Assembly (NCBI GenBank): GCA_019639115.1
Contig: JAHBSM010000002.1
Coordinates: forward strand, 301,425-365,424
DNA length: 64,000 bases
Origin: Acidobacteriota bacterium
Lineage (GTDB): Bacteria; Acidobacteriota; Blastocatellia; Pyrinomonadales; Pyrinomonadaceae
Reading direction: 5' to 3'
Shown here: positions 25,353 to 34,233 of the stretch, piece after piece
Layout: each line of letters starts with the position of its first letter
Position numbering within the stretch: the first letter of the stretch is position 1
Made by a program: the position numbers and the translations under genes
Notes under the pieces: generated by a model
What the model was told of the DNA's origin: nothing
Database searches by the model: none
The model's input: the letters and a program-made list of their open reading frames with translations, nothing else

Positions 25353-26261
25353 ATGAATCAAGATCACTTATCAGCTGCTGAGGTCGCCATGTTTCGGGAA
25401 GACAGTTTTTCTTACCGATCGATCGAGATCGGCCGCCATCTCCTCGCCTGCAAAGAATGTCGAGCAAAATTACCATCGGTAACGCCGCAAGAGTTCCGGG
25501 AATGTGTTCTCGGTGCCAACGGGGAGGGCCTGGATGAATCTGAATACAAGTACCGATTTTTCGATTTTCCAATATTGTCCTTTGCGAGGGTAACGGCATT
25601 TGCAGGATTCGCAATTCTGCTTCTGGCGGGAATCTATTTTGTTGGTGTTCAAAAGTTTACTACGTCGAATACTGTTGCAAAAAGCGAGAATAACGCAGTC
25701 ACGAATGAGCTGAATCCAGTTCCGGACAGCGTTGCCAATCAGGCAAATCACGAGAAGGAACAGTTACCGATAAAGAGTTTGGACGTGCCCAGTAGAGATT
25801 CGAGACCAAAGCTTCCCTTGACAAAAACCGACCAAAGGAAAAAGGCAGGCGTTACTGCAAGTGGGCCGAAGTTGCAGAACGCCGAAACTCGCGGAAGCGA
25901 AAACCCTTGCTCGCGCGGGGCCACGATCAGTCTTGAATCCAAAGCCGATGGGAAAGAGGTCTTTCTTAAATGGAATTCTGTCAAAGGGGCAGAGTCCTAC
26001 GACATTTATATTTCTGACCTCGATGAGAACATGATCGATCATTTCGAGTCTAAATCTCAAACACATTACCGTTCTGCGGTGAGGCTTGATCCGGCAAAGT
26101 CCTATCGCTGGAAGCTGATCATTACGCTAAAGAACGGCAAAAAGATCGTTGGCCCGCCCCAAATTCTTACTTCGGGAACGTCCACGGAAGACAACATAGA
26201 ATCCGGAGCCATGGAAAGACAACGAGGGTCGTTTGAACTGAGGTGTGTGGTATCAAAATGA
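25353..26261 (+). CDS. Anti-sigma factor (zf-HC2) with TM helix and extracytoplasmic FN3-like domain
   Basis: Starts directly after the sigma stop. H-x3-C-x2-C motif HLLACKECRAKL, TM VTAFAGFAILLLAGIYFVGV, and a C-terminal beta-rich segment (VFLKWNSVKGAESYDIYISD...YRWKLI). Confidence 0.6.
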   Translation: MNQDHLSAAEVAMFREDSFSYRSIEIGRHLLACKECRAKLPSVTPQEFRECVLGANGEGLDESEYKYRFFDFPILSFARVTAFAGFAILLLAGIYFVGVQKFTTSNTVAKSENNAVTNELNPVPDSVANQANHEKEQLPIKSLDVPSRDSRPKLPLTKTDQRKKAGVTASGPKLQNAETRGSENPCSRGATISLESKADGKEVFLKWNSVKGAESYDIYISDLDENMIDHFESKSQTHYRSAVRLDPAKSYRWKLIITLKNGKKIVGPPQILTSGTSTEDNIESGAMERQRGSFELRCVVSK

Positions 26262-28183
26262 ACAGAATAAATCACTACCAAATAAAGTTTCGGTCGCTGG
26301 CGGTTGTCCTCTTTTGCTTGCTCGTCTCAGTCCACGGGCAGCAGTCTGACGATCTTCCAGTGCCAGCTAGCTTCCGATTAGAGGGTGTTCCGCGCATCAA
26401 GAATCAAGATGTCAAGCACCTTTTCTTTGAACCATCTGCGATAAAGAGCAATTTGATCTGGGACGTCGATCGAACCGCTCGCAAATTACTTGTCACCGAT
26501 GAAAAGAACGCCATCTACTCTGTGGATTCTCCCTTGGCCACGCCAAAGTTGGCGCTGGACGGAAGGGTGCCAAGCACTCTTCGGGTAAATCCAACTTCGT
26601 CGGTCGTTGCCTTCAACAATGACAAGGAAGATCCCGACAATTACGCCCTTTTCCTTTGGGACGGAAAATCGGAGGCTCGAAAGCTAACGCGTTTTGACGG
26701 TAAAGACGATTCAATCGATTCGTTTGTCTGGGATCGGAATGGAAAGAGTATCTATTACACCCTGAACGACTACGAGGCAAAAACGACAAAGATCTGCCAA
26801 AGCGATCTCACAGCGAGCAAGTGCTTCGCGGTGGAGCTCAAGGGACTATGGAATGTAATTGACAACGACCAAGGCAACATTCTGCTTAAGTACTGGAAAT
26901 CTTCGAGCAACCAGCACATCTACCTATACTCGATAGGAAGCGGGAAACTCACACCTCTCTCCGAATCAGGAAATGCAACAAAGGCATTTTTCTTGGACGG
27001 AAGGCCACTCGCGTTAAGCGAAGACTCGCCAGAATGTGGTGGAGGTCGGTGCTTAATTTCGGTTAATCCGCGAACGGGAACGAAGGAGATTATAAGCCTA
27101 AAAGAAGTTCGCGGACATCTGGGGGACATAAAACCCTCGCCGGATGGGAAATCGTTACTGATTCAAGAAGCGTTCGATGGAATCGACAGTCTATGGATCG
27201 GAAAACTGAAGAGCGAAAGCATTGTACCGGTAGTTCCAAACTTTCTTAGCGGTTCGTACGTTGTTTGGAACACCCGTTGGCTTTCAAGTAGCGAGGTTGT
27301 TTTCACTGTAGAGAATATCGGTCAACCCGCTTTTGTAAAGTCGTTCGACTTGAAGACGAAAAAAACAACAGTTTGGACAAAACCCCGACTTCCAGAGGTC
27401 CTTACGGGGACGGTAAGCCCTCCAGAGAAGATACGCTGGAGATCCTCAGATAGTAAGGAGATTTCGGGATATATTGTAAAACCCGCCAAGATCGAGAAGA
27501 AAAGCCCCGTGCTTGTGTTTATCCATGGTGGGCCTCAAGTCATTGACCGTCCCACATTTAGTTCTCTCGATGTCCGGTTTGCGACGTTTCTCGGATTGTC
27601 AATTATCCACACCAACATCCGAGGGTCGAGAGGATTTGGAAACGACTTCATGGACGCTGACAACGGGGCCAAAAGAGAGGACGCTGTTCGAGATATTAGC
27701 TCGCTTCTCGATTGGATCGAGAAGCAGCCAGACCTCGATGCGGATAACGTATTCATCCGTGGCGAAAGCTACGGCGGGTTTGTCGCTCTAGCGACGGGGC
27801 TCAAGGAATCTTCCCGAATCCGGGCTGTCATCGCCGAATATCCGCTCGTGTCGATCAGGAATTATCTGCAGCAGAGTTGGATCGATGAATTTGCAAAGAA
27901 TGAATATGGCGATCCAAAAGACGAAATCTTAATGAAAAAGCTTGATGAGCTTTCTCCGCTGAACAATGCTTCGAAATGGAAAGGAACGCCGTTGTTCTTG
28001 ACCAGGGGAAAACTCGACTCAAGGGTCCCAGAAGGGGACGTTCTTGGTCTCAAATCTCAACTTCGAGATGCAGGGGCCGATGTGTGGTTCATATTTGCCA
28101 ATGAGGCGGGACATGGCGTCTCAGGACGCTTCGTCACAGCGGCTATGTATGAATTTATTAAGACTCACCTAAGGAGGAAATGA
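26258..28183 (+). CDS. S9 family serine peptidase (prolyl oligopeptidase / dipeptidyl aminopeptidase-like), secreted
   Basis: ORF 26243-28183; preferred ATG 26258 (ATGA overlap with the anti-sigma stop). Signal peptide, beta-propeller-like N-terminal half, and a C-terminal alpha/beta hydrolase with VFIHGGPQ, nucleophile elbow GESYGG, GKLDSRVP (Asp) and EAGHG (His). Confidence 0.8.
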   Translation: MNRINHYQIKFRSLAVVLFCLLVSVHGQQSDDLPVPASFRLEGVPRIKNQDVKHLFFEPSAIKSNLIWDVDRTARKLLVTDEKNAIYSVDSPLATPKLALDGRVPSTLRVNPTSSVVAFNNDKEDPDNYALFLWDGKSEARKLTRFDGKDDSIDSFVWDRNGKSIYYTLNDYEAKTTKICQSDLTASKCFAVELKGLWNVIDNDQGNILLKYWKSSSNQHIYLYSIGSGKLTPLSESGNATKAFFLDGRPLALSEDSPECGGGRCLISVNPRTGTKEIISLKEVRGHLGDIKPSPDGKSLLIQEAFDGIDSLWIGKLKSESIVPVVPNFLSGSYVVWNTRWLSSSEVVFTVENIGQPAFVKSFDLKTKKTTVWTKPRLPEVLTGTVSPPEKIRWRSSDSKEISGYIVKPAKIEKKSPVLVFIHGGPQVIDRPTFSSLDVRFATFLGLSIIHTNIRGSRGFGNDFMDADNGAKREDAVRDISSLLDWIEKQPDLDADNVFIRGESYGGFVALATGLKESSRIRAVIAEYPLVSIRNYLQQSWIDEFAKNEYGDPKDEILMKKLDELSPLNNASKWKGTPLFLTRGKLDSRVPEGDVLGLKSQLRDAGADVWFIFANEAGHGVSGRFVTAAMYEFIKTHLRRK

Positions 28184-28184
28184 A

Positions 28185-28418
28185 ATGAAACGAACTAAAG
28201 CACTTCTCTTGGCGTTGACCATGACAACTTTGTTGACTGGCAACATTTTCGCGACAGGCGGGGCATTGCCAGCGGCCAACAGTATCGTCACCTATGCGTT
28301 GACGGCTCTGCTCTCGCTCGCTGGCGGCAATGATCAATGTCCCCTGCGGCAATGTACGACCTGTAGACCAAATAATGAGGGTGGTGACAACGGTGATTGT
28401 CGACCTACACCGGACTAG
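28185..28418 (+). CDS. Small exported Cys-rich peptide
   Basis: 77 aa, starting 2 nt after the S9 stop. Signal peptide MKRTKALLLALTMTTLLTGNIFA, a second hydrophobic stretch, then CPLRQCTTCRPNNEGGDNGDCRP (4 Cys). Confidence 0.45.
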   Translation: MKRTKALLLALTMTTLLTGNIFATGGALPAANSIVTYALTALLSLAGGNDQCPLRQCTTCRPNNEGGDNGDCRPTPD

Positions 28419-28429
28419 GAGTAATGTTG

Positions 28430-30974
28430 ATGAGAAACAAACCGAACATGTGGGCTAATGCGAAAAGGTCGATTCTGGTCGTCTTCGCATTAGTTCTCAT
28501 GTCGGAAATATCTCTGAGCCAATCCGGCTCGCAAACTATATCTAGTCTGTATTCTAGAGGTTATTTTGATGAAGTAGCCCGAATTGCACCCGCACAGATT
28601 TCAAGATTCTCTCAATCCGGACGGGTCGCAGAGGCGTCTGATCTGGCCGTCTTAACTTGTCGGACTTTCATACAACTAGGGCGGCTTGACGAAGCTGCTC
28701 AAATCGTTGAGCGATTCATTTCTGATTCCAGCTTACGAACTCGCTCGCCTGGATCTGTCGCTTCTCTTTACCTCTGTAAGGCAGGAGTTTCTCGCTCGAA
28801 GCGCGATTCTGGAGCGGTCCTCGAAAACCTGCGACTAGCTCATTCATTATCGGCAAATGACTCGAAAACACTCGCTGCTTACCAATTGGAAGTTGGTCGC
28901 ACTCTATATTCAGCAGGACATGACTTTGCAGCGATCGTGTGGTTAGAGAATGCGGAGAGAGAGGCCTTGGCGAACGGCCAGACTTCGATCTACTATGACG
29001 CACTTCGATTTCTGAGCTTAGCTTGGACTGCGAAATTCTATTATGCCAATGCACTTTCGTACGCGGAAAAATTAGTTACAAAATCCTCGATCGGAGAGTA
29101 CGAACATAGAAGTAGGATCGCCCATCTTGAGCTCGCAAGCCTCCTCGATCTTACTGGCCAGCCGCGACGATCGAAGGACCTATATCTCAAAGGCCTTGCC
29201 CTTTCGACTCGAGCTAAAGTGAACTATCACGCCGGACAGTTCCTTTCCAGTCTCTTGCTTCGATCGTTATACGAAAATGATTCCGAGTCCGCGAGAAGCT
29301 ACTTAGCCAGGTTGGAGACTATCGATAAAGAAAAGCAATTCAGCTTTGAGCGTCTTTTAGGTAGAGCCTTGGTTGAGAACTTCAACGGAAACCGTACCCT
29401 TTCAGACGAGTACTTCTCAAAACTGGCAAACGAAAAAGGCACATCCGATTACGTAGTGCCCTATTGGAAAGGCACGATTGCTGAGAAAGAGCAGAACTGG
29501 AAGGAACTTATCGCCAATGCTCACCATCTCCGCAAATTGACCGAAGACGAGAATTTTCAAGATGATCTCCCGCGAATCTATTACAAACTCGCTTTGGGTT
29601 CGTGGCGACTAGGCGAAGAGAAATCCGCGAGAGAATATGCGGCAAAAGCACTCTCATTGTTCGAGCCATTTAGAAACGCAACGACAGTGGATCTTTCGAT
29701 TGCAATGATGGAAGCCCACCATTCCGTTTATCGGCTACTCAGCGAGATTCACGTGACCAGCGATTCCACGAAAGCCTTTGAATATTCTGAGCTACTCAAA
29801 GCGAATCTGCTCAGGGACAGGATTGAAAGGTCCATGCTGAAGCCTCGTCCAGATCTATCCGATCCTATTCGGAACCAACTTCTCACGACTTCTCGTAACT
29901 ATATTGACGGAAAGGAAAATCAAGCGGCTCTAATGAAGCTTGAAAATGGCATCGTAGCCGATAAGCAAACAGCGAGGCTGCAAACTCAGGATTTCTCGAC
30001 GCAGGATTTAAAACTTCCGAAAGACGTGACGATCGTTTCCTACGAATTCACGCCGTCCGGTCAGCTCCTCGCATTTGTTCTCGAATCAGGAAAACCGCTA
30101 CGTGCGGTTAAGCTTACCGTTAACGAAGAGCGGGTGGTAAACCTCGCCTCAGAAACCCAGTCTAAGATGAAGGATCGCATTTTCTTCAAAATCGATGGGA
30201 AAAAAATCTACGATCTATTGTTGAAACCGTTGGACTTGAACTCAAGTCACATAGTTATCGTCCCCGACAAACAATTGTGGAGAATACCATTCCATGCCCT
30301 AAGCCCAGACGGTAATAAATATTTGATCGAGACGAAAACGGTTTCGTATTCGCCGTCTGTCTATTTGCTAAAGCAACAACTCCTATATGAACCGCCAAAT
30401 AGAAAAACTATACAGATCTTTGCGAATGATACCTTCAACCGTCAAAAACTTGGCTACGTGAACAGCGAGGCGGTGAGTATCGGAAAGTTGTTCGGAGCCT
30501 CACCTCGGCTGAATGCCTCCCAAGTCGGCAGCGGAAACGGATATCCTTCATTTCGCTATGCACGCCCAACTCGATAGCGATAATCCTCTATCTTCTTTTC
30601 TTGCCTTTCAGCAAAATTCCACGGACTCTGGCAGACTGACCGTCAGCGATCTCCTATCGGTCCGCCTCAAGCCGAACAACTTAGCATTCCTCGCATCCTG
30701 CGACACGAGTAAGGTGCATAGCGGCGAAGGGCTGGTTAGTATTCCATGGGCAATGATGGGAGCTGGGAGCTCATCGGTAGTATCGTCGCAGTGGGAAGCA
30801 AGCGATCGTGCAACCCAAAAATTCAGTGGAATTTTCTACCGAGAACTTTTTAAAGGGTCATCGACGGCGTCGTCACTTCAAGCTGCAGCATTCGAATTGA
30901 TTAACGACAAGTCATCAGGATTTCACGAACCTTATTTCTGGGGAGCTTTCACACTCCTTGGAGACTTTAGATAG
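28430..30974 (+). pseudogene. TPR-CHAT protease-like gene, split by a frameshift near 30520-30535
   Basis: ORF 28397-30577 (signal/TM, long TPR-like helical repeats, start of the CHAT domain IVIVPDKQLWRIPFHAL) ends prematurely. ORF 30513-30974 in the +1 frame continues with the CHAT catalytic context ILHFAMHAQ (His) and LAFLASCDTS (Cys). The AGGAG position favours a start at 28424/28430. Confidence 0.7.
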
Positions 30975-31107
30975 CGGGCGGGCAAACTGCCGGGTTGGCT
31001 TCTGACACCATTTCTCTCAGTTTTTCATTGACTACCTGCCGGAGATGGCAGTCTGTGTTTATCCTTCCCACTGTCGATCCTGCCCTAGAGTGCCAATCAT
31101 TTCTGCG

Positions 31108-31116
31108 TGGTATAAT
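31108..31116 (+). promoter_or_regulatory. Candidate extended -10 promoter element (TGgTATAAT) upstream of hsdM
   Basis: Read directly: tgg tataat at 31108-31116, about 42 nt upstream of the hsdM ATG. No convincing -35. Confidence 0.25.
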
Positions 31117-31157
31117 TTCGATGTAAATCGTAGCTATTCACGTTTATCCAGAATGAT

Positions 31158-32900
31158 ATGAGTTTTTCTTCTCTCGCCGCATTTCTGTGGTCGGTTGCCG
31201 ATCTTCTTCGCGGTGATTACAAGCAATCGGATTACGGTAAGGTGATCCTTCCCTTTACTCTGCTTCGACGGCTCGATTGCGTTCTCGACGCAACGAAGGC
31301 GGGGGTTTTGAAGGAATACGAAGCGAGAAAGAATACTGGTATTGCGATGCAGCCTTTTCTACTGCGGGCTGCGAAACAGAGTTTTTACAATACTTCACGA
31401 TATGACTTCCAGAAGTTCCTCGATGATCCGAACAATATCAAGGCCAACATCATCGACTACATTCAAGGCTTTAGCGAAAATACGCGCGACGTTTTTGAGA
31501 AGTATGAATTTTCGAGTCAGATCGAACGTTTAGATAGTGCCAACCTTCTATTTCAGGTAACGCAGAAGTTCGCGGCAATCGATCTGCATCCCGATGCTGT
31601 GTCGAACGACCAAATGGGGTTGATCTTTGAAGAATTGATCCGCCGTTTTGCGGAACTTTCGAACGAGACGGCTGGAGAGCATTACACTCCGCGTGAGGTA
31701 ATCCGTCTGATGGTGAACCTGCTGTTCATCGAAGACGACGACGCGCTTACCAAACCTGGAACTGTCCGCAGCCTTTACGATCCAACCGCGGGAACCGGCG
31801 GAATGCTTTCGATCGCTGAAGAGCATATTCGGGAAATGAATCCGAACGGCAAACTAGTTGTCTTTGGCCAGGAGCTTAATCCGGAGTCATACGCGATTTG
31901 CAAGGCCGACATGCTGCTAAAAGGACAGGACATTTCAAATATCAAATTCGGGAATACTCTCTCGGATGACGGGCACGCTGGCCGCGATTTTGACTACATG
32001 CTGTCCAATCCGCCTTTTGGCGTGGAGTGGAAAAAGATTGAGAAGGAGATCCGCAAGGAGCACGATCAGAAAGGCTATGCCGGACGATTCGGCGCAGGAT
32101 TGCCGCGAGTCAGTGACGGTTCTCTACTTTTCCTTCTGCACCTGATCTCAAAGATGCGGGCGGCCAAGGACGGCGGTAGCCGCTTCGGGATCGTCCTCAA
32201 TGGCTCCCCGCTGTTTACTGGCGGAGCCGGATCGGGAGAGAGCGAGATACGCAAGTATGTACTAGAGAATGACATGGTCGAGGCGATCATCGGACTGCCC
32301 ACCGACATGTTTTACAATACCGGCATCAGCACTTATGTCTGGATCGTCAGCAATCGAAAGCCCGAGCACCGTATGGGCAAACTGCAATTAATCGACGCTA
32401 GCAGTTTCTGGCAAAAGATACGCAAGAGTCTAGGGAGCAAACGCAAAGAACTCAGCTCTGACCAAATAGAAGAGATCACCCGACTGTTCGGCGATTTTCA
32501 CGAATCAAATAAGGACGGAGTGCCGATCAGCCGCATTTTTAATAACAAGGATTTTGGCTACCGTACGATAACGGTTGAGCGTCCTTTACGTGACGAGTCG
32601 GGCCAGATTATTCTTGGCACAAAGGGAAAATTCAAGGGCAAACCGCAGCCTGACGCAGGCCTTCGAGACACCGAGAATGTGCCGCTGAGTGAGGATGTCG
32701 AGATGTATTTCAAACGTGAGGTCCTGCCACACGTTCCCGACGCCTGGATCGATCACGAGAAGACGAAAATCGGCTACGAGATCCCGTTCAACCGGCATTT
32801 CTACGTCTTCAAGCCATCGCGCGAACTTGCCGAAATCGACGCTGAACTAAAGGTCGTGACGGACCGAATCTTGACGATGATCGGAGGGCTTTCAAAATGA
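31158..32900 (+). CDS. hsdM: Type I restriction-modification system, methyltransferase subunit
   Basis: 580 aa. HsdM N-terminal pattern LWSVADLLRGDYKQSDYGKVILPFTLLRRLD, AdoMet motif DPTAGTGGML, catalytic NPPFG. Confidence 0.9.
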   Translation: MSFSSLAAFLWSVADLLRGDYKQSDYGKVILPFTLLRRLDCVLDATKAGVLKEYEARKNTGIAMQPFLLRAAKQSFYNTSRYDFQKFLDDPNNIKANIIDYIQGFSENTRDVFEKYEFSSQIERLDSANLLFQVTQKFAAIDLHPDAVSNDQMGLIFEELIRRFAELSNETAGEHYTPREVIRLMVNLLFIEDDDALTKPGTVRSLYDPTAGTGGMLSIAEEHIREMNPNGKLVVFGQELNPESYAICKADMLLKGQDISNIKFGNTLSDDGHAGRDFDYMLSNPPFGVEWKKIEKEIRKEHDQKGYAGRFGAGLPRVSDGSLLFLLHLISKMRAAKDGGSRFGIVLNGSPLFTGGAGSGESEIRKYVLENDMVEAIIGLPTDMFYNTGISTYVWIVSNRKPEHRMGKLQLIDASSFWQKIRKSLGSKRKELSSDQIEEITRLFGDFHESNKDGVPISRIFNNKDFGYRTITVERPLRDESGQIILGTKGKFKGKPQPDAGLRDTENVPLSEDVEMYFKREVLPHVPDAWIDHEKTKIGYEIPFNRHFYVFKPSRELAEIDAELKVVTDRILTMIGGLSK

Positions 32901-34231
32901 GCTTTCCTAGATATCCGAAGTACAAAGTCACCGGAATCGAGTGGCTGGGTGACGTGCCGGAGCATTGGGAGGTCCGCCGACTACGCCAGATTGGTCCGAT
33001 ATTAAAAGGTAGTGGGGGATCGAAAGAGGACGTCGTTGAAACTGGATTGCCGTGCGTTCGCTATGGAGATCTTTACACGACACACCAGTTTTTTATCAGA
33101 CAGGCGAGGACGAACATTTCAGAAACACGGATAAAAGACTATTTTGAGATACATTTCGGCGATGTATTGTTTGCCGCATCCGGCGAGGATATTGAGGAAA
33201 TCGGACGTTCAGCCGTCAATCTAATTGAGGGTGTCGCCTACTGTGGAGGTGATGTCATCGTGCTTCGACCTTCGGTTCCCAATTTTCCTGCGTTTCTCGG
33301 ATATTCCGCTGATAGCCGAATAGCGAAGGCACAGAAAGCATCGATGGGACGGGGAACAACGATCAAGCACATATATCCGAGTGAGCTTAAGGGACTAATT
33401 CTCCCTTTCCCTCCACCGGACGAGCAAATCCGGGTCGCAACGTTTCTTGGCCGAGAGACGGCGAAGATTGACGCCTTGGTTGGCGAGCAACGTCGGCTTA
33501 TTGGACTATTAAAGGAAAAACGCCGCGCTGTCATTTCCCATGCTGTCACCAGAGGCCTGGATCCTCACACCCCCATTAAGGCCTCCGGCATCGAATGGCT
33601 CGGCGATGTGCCTTCACATTGGGAGGTTGGTCGAATGGCGAACGTGTTTCGCGAAGTCGCCGAATCTGGAGTGGGTGATCTTCCAATTCTAAGTGTATCG
33701 ATCCATCATGGCGTTTCTGATAAAGAATTCAATGCCGAAGAAATGGATCGAAAGGTAACGCGGAGTGACGATCGCTCCAAATACAAGCGGGTCGCTCCCG
33801 GCGATCTCGTTTACAACATGATGCGGGCTTGGCAGGGCGGTTTTGGAACAGTGACCGTCGAGGGGATGGTAAGTCCGGCGTATGTAGTTGCCAGACCCAA
33901 AACATCAATAACGACGGCTTATGTGGAGCATCTACTGAGAACTCCTCAAGCGATTGAGCAGATGCGTCGCTATTCCCGGGGGATTACAGACTTTCGCCTT
34001 CGACTCTATTGGGATGAGTTTAGGAACATCCAGATCCCGTTGCCGCCGGAACAAGAAGCCGTAGAAATATGTCGCGCAATCAAATCGATGGATAACAGCT
34101 TTAATGAGCTCACGGCTGAAGCCGAACGAGCGATCCAATTGCTTCAAGAACGCCGCGCCGCTCTGATCTCAGCTGCCGTCACAGGCAAGATCGACGTCCG
34201 CGATATACGTGACCAACAATTGACTAAGTAA
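32897..34231 (+). CDS. hsdS: Type I R-M specificity subunit
   Basis: 444 aa, ATGA overlap with hsdM. Two TRD halves, each introduced by GIEWLGDVP(E/S)HWEV (residues ~13 and ~229). Conserved helical spacers (LLKEKRRAVISHAVTRGLD, LLQERRAALISAAVTGKIDV). Confidence 0.9.
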   Translation: MSFPRYPKYKVTGIEWLGDVPEHWEVRRLRQIGPILKGSGGSKEDVVETGLPCVRYGDLYTTHQFFIRQARTNISETRIKDYFEIHFGDVLFAASGEDIEEIGRSAVNLIEGVAYCGGDVIVLRPSVPNFPAFLGYSADSRIAKAQKASMGRGTTIKHIYPSELKGLILPFPPPDEQIRVATFLGRETAKIDALVGEQRRLIGLLKEKRRAVISHAVTRGLDPHTPIKASGIEWLGDVPSHWEVGRMANVFREVAESGVGDLPILSVSIHHGVSDKEFNAEEMDRKVTRSDDRSKYKRVAPGDLVYNMMRAWQGGFGTVTVEGMVSPAYVVARPKTSITTAYVEHLLRTPQAIEQMRRYSRGITDFRLRLYWDEFRNIQIPLPPEQEAVEICRAIKSMDNSFNELTAEAERAIQLLQERRAALISAAVTGKIDVRDIRDQQLTK

Positions 34232-34233
34232 AT

